33,391 bases of DNA from an uncultured delta proteobacterium (GTDB taxonomy: Bacteria > Desulfobacterota > Binatia > UBA9968), in the NCBI GenBank assembly GCA_963840855.1, contig CAWJBB010000077.1, positions 1-33,391 of the forward strand, written 5' to 3'. Both the position numbers and the translations under genes were made by a program. Positions 30,997 to 33,391 of this stretch are shown in pieces (the first letter of the stretch is position 1; each line of letters starts with the position of its first letter). The notes beneath the pieces were generated by a model that saw only the letters and a list, made by a program, of their open reading frames with translations, did no database searches and had not been told where the DNA came from.

Positions 30997-31123
30997 CAGA
31001 CCAGTGAAAAAGACTCACATGCTTCGTTGCGCTCGTTCGGCTCGCTCCAACGTACACTCAGAGTACGCCTTCGCTCGCCGATATATCGCGCGCCTTGCCT
31101 CTGAGCCTTTTTGACTGGTCTGC
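30996..31123. mobile_element. 128-bp MITE-like element with 22-bp terminal inverted repeats
   Basis: gcagaccagtgaaaaagactca versus reverse complement of tgagcctttttgactggtctgc, 20/22 match. Confidence 0.65.
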
Positions 31124-31144
31124 GAAGATGAGTTATTTGATTAG

Positions 31145-31179
31145 AATCCAAAATCCAAAATCGAAAATCCAAAATTGAA
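31145..31179 (+). repeat. Heptamer tandem repeat (AATCCAA x5)
   Basis: aatccaa aatccaa aatcgaa aatccaa aattgaa directly before the hslV ATG. Confidence 0.9.
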
Positions 31180-31710
31180 ATGTTTCAAGGGACAACCATA
31201 TTAGCGATCCGTCATGGCGGCAAAGTCGTCGTGGTGGGCGACGGACAGGTCAGCCTGGGGCAGACGGTGATGAAGCATAGCGCGCGCAAGGTGCGCAAGC
31301 TTCATCACGACAAGGTGATCGCCGGCTTTGCCGGCGCCACGGCGGACGCCTTCACGCTGTTCGAAAAATTCGAGGCCAAACTGGAACAATTCAACGGCAA
31401 CTTGAAACGAGCGGCTGTGGAACTGGCGAAGGATTGGCGCACGGACCGCGTGCTGCGCCGCTTGGAAGCGTTGCTCATCGTCGCGGACTTGAATGATCTG
31501 TTGGTGATCTCCGGCGCGGGCGATGTGATCGAGCCGGACGACGACGTCATCGCCATCGGCTCGGGCGGCAACTACGCGCTGGCGGCGGCCCGCGTGCTGG
31601 TCAAGCACACCCAACTGGACGCCCGAACCATCGCCGAGGAGGCGATGCGGGTCGCCGCTAGCTTGTGCGTCTATACCAATGATCAGCTCACCTTCGAAGA
31701 GTTGGTATAG
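31180..31710 (+). CDS. hslV: ATP-dependent protease subunit HslV
   Basis: [29 protein letters not shown]. Confidence 0.98.
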   Translation: MFQGTTILAIRHGGKVVVVGDGQVSLGQTVMKHSARKVRKLHHDKVIAGFAGATADAFTLFEKFEAKLEQFNGNLKRAAVELAKDWRTDRVLRRLEALLIVADLNDLLVISGAGDVIEPDDDVIAIGSGGNYALAAARVLVKHTQLDARTIAEEAMRVAASLCVYTNDQLTFEELV

Positions 31711-31728
31711 CGCCGCCGGCGCAAAGCT

Positions 31729-31767
31729 GTTCCAAACGTTCCAGTCGTTCAAAACGTTCCAAACGTT
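31729..31767 (+). repeat. Nonamer tandem repeat (GTTCCAAAC x4)
   Basis: gttccaaac gttccagtc gttcaaaac gttccaaac gtt. Confidence 0.85.
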
Positions 31768-31825
31768 TTTGGTGATTCAGGCCATTCATGTAGCTTGAGT
31801 GGTTGGTGTTGTGGACGAATCCGAG

Positions 31826-31868
31826 CCACCCATCGGCTTCGCTCAGGGTGGTAAGTCTGTCAAACCAC
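31826..31868. repeat. REP-like palindrome
   Basis: ccaccc...gggtgg stem followed by gtctgtcaaaccac. Confidence 0.4.
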
Positions 31869-31931
31869 GAGCACGAGGAACGCTCTTCGATTGCATTTCC
31901 TGGTGAAGTTGTTAGGAGTTATCCTATTCTT

Positions 31932-33311
31932 ATGAATGACATGAAACACGCGGCGTTAGCAGATTCGGCGTTCTCTCCGGCGCCGGTGATGACGCCGCGG
32001 GAGATTGTTTCGGAGCTTGACCGCTATATCGTCGGGCAAAAAGAAGCCAAGCGCGCCGTCGCCATCGCGCTGCGCAACCGTTGGCGGCGCCAACAGGTTT
32101 CCGAGGATCTGCGCGAGGAGATCGTGCCGAAGAATATCATCATGATCGGCCCCACCGGCGTCGGCAAGACCGAAATTTCGCGTCGCCTCGCCAAACTGGC
32201 GCAAGCGCCGTTTATCAAGGTTGAAGCTTCCAAATTCACCGAAGTGGGCTACGTCGGGCGGGATGTCGAGTCGATCATCCGCGACCTCACGGACCTCGCG
32301 GTAAACATGGTCAAAGAAGAAGAAAAACAGAAAGTCGAGATCAAGGCCCGCGAAATCGCGGAAGAGCGGGTGCTGGACTTGCTTCTGCCCTCGGCGAGCG
32401 TCGATGGCGAAAGCATCGACGCCGCGCGCGTTCAAGGGACCCGGGAAAAGCTCAAAAAGATGCTGCGCGAAGGCAAAATGGACGAGCGCTTCGTCGAGAT
32501 CGAGATGTCGCAGTCGGCGATGCCGATGATCGAGGTCCTGGCGCCCCAGGGCCTGGAGGGGATGGAATTCAACCTCAAAGAGATGTTTTCCAACCTGATG
32601 CCCAAGAAGACAAAAAAAAAGACGGTGAAGATTCCCGAGGCCCTGGAAATTCTGACACAGGAAGAAGCCGCCCGCATGGTAGACATGGACAAGGTGGTCG
32701 GCGAAGCGGTGCGCCGGGTCGAGCAAACCGGCATCGTATTTCTCGACGAGATCGACAAAATCGCCGGACGCGACAACATTCATGGGCCGGATGTCTCCCG
32801 CGGCGGCGTGCAGCGGGACCTTTTACCCATCGTCGAAGGCTGCACGGTCAACACCAAATACGGCATGGTAAAAACCGACCATGTGCTTTTTATCGCCTCG
32901 GGGGCGTTTCACACGGCCAAGCCGTCCGACCTGATTCCTGAGTTTCAGGGCCGCTTTCCGATTCGCGTGGAGTTGAAATCTCTTACCCAGGAAGACTTAG
33001 TGCGCATTCTAACCGAGCCGAAAAACGCGCTGCTCAAACAATATGCCGCGCTGCTGGACACTGAAGGGGTATGTCTGAGCTTTCGCGACGACGCGGTTCA
33101 GGAGATCGCCCGCATCGCCACGGACGTTAACGAGCGGACGGAAAACATCGGCGCCCGGCGATTGCACACCATATTGGAGCGGCTGCTGGACGAGATTTCC
33201 TTTGCGGCGCCTGAGACGCGCGGTAAAGAAGTCGCCATCGACGCTGAGTACGTGCGTGAGCGGCTCAACCCGATCTTGAAGAACGAGGACCTATCGCGCT
33301 ATATCCTGTGA
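31932..33311 (+). CDS. hslU: ATP-dependent protease ATPase subunit HslU
   Basis: [38 protein letters not shown]; start among 31932, 31941 and 31989. Confidence 0.98.
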   Translation: MNDMKHAALADSAFSPAPVMTPREIVSELDRYIVGQKEAKRAVAIALRNRWRRQQVSEDLREEIVPKNIIMIGPTGVGKTEISRRLAKLAQAPFIKVEASKFTEVGYVGRDVESIIRDLTDLAVNMVKEEEKQKVEIKAREIAEERVLDLLLPSASVDGESIDAARVQGTREKLKKMLREGKMDERFVEIEMSQSAMPMIEVLAPQGLEGMEFNLKEMFSNLMPKKTKKKTVKIPEALEILTQEEAARMVDMDKVVGEAVRRVEQTGIVFLDEIDKIAGRDNIHGPDVSRGGVQRDLLPIVEGCTVNTKYGMVKTDHVLFIASGAFHTAKPSDLIPEFQGRFPIRVELKSLTQEDLVRILTEPKNALLKQYAALLDTEGVCLSFRDDAVQEIARIATDVNERTENIGARRLHTILERLLDEISFAAPETRGKEVAIDAEYVRERLNPILKNEDLSRYIL

Positions 33312-33330
33312 ACTGAGGAATCGGGCATCG

Positions 33331-33391
33331 ATGGAAGATTTCATTAGCAAAGCGGAAGTGTTGATGGAGACGCTGCCGTATTTTCGGCGTT
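33331..33391 (+). CDS. argB: Acetylglutamate kinase, N-terminus only (runs off window)
   Basis: MEDFISKAEVLMETLPYFRR matches the ArgB N-terminal pattern; common position after hslU. Confidence 0.75.
   Translation, partial: MEDFISKAEVLMETLPYFRR

Overview
The window has two parts. Left (1 to about 17450) is a mosaic accessory island. It ends on the right at a tyrosine-integrase remnant and a 46-bp 3' fragment of tRNA-Ala(GGC), which looks like an attR site. It holds unrelated, mostly single-gene modules, many encoding exported proteins: two intact and two partial ABC_sub_bind-type substrate-binding protein (SBP) genes, an MFS transporter, a second type of SBP, a DUF5602-like lipoprotein, a frameshifted GST, a frameshifted pobA, a Tm-1/UPF0261-like protein, a secreted amidohydrolase, a 17-aa-repeat protein with an S74 chaperone domain, and an IS91 remnant. 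The most notable signal is a recurring 55-80 bp site with inverted arms (GATTGAACT...AGTTCAATC) at about seven module junctions, which suggests a cassette-array organisation that is not a classical integron. Right (about 17500-33391) is mostly core chromosome: a frameshifted polysaccharide deacetylase, rpmE, prfA-prmC-murA-hisD-hisB-hisH-hisA, a vapBC pair, several accessory genes, and xerC-hslV-hslU-argB (partial). Its spacers carry heptamer/nonamer tandem repeats and palindromic MITE/REP-like elements. Gene order and the multi-copy SBP families suggest a deltaproteobacterial-type host such as Binatia; this is inference only.
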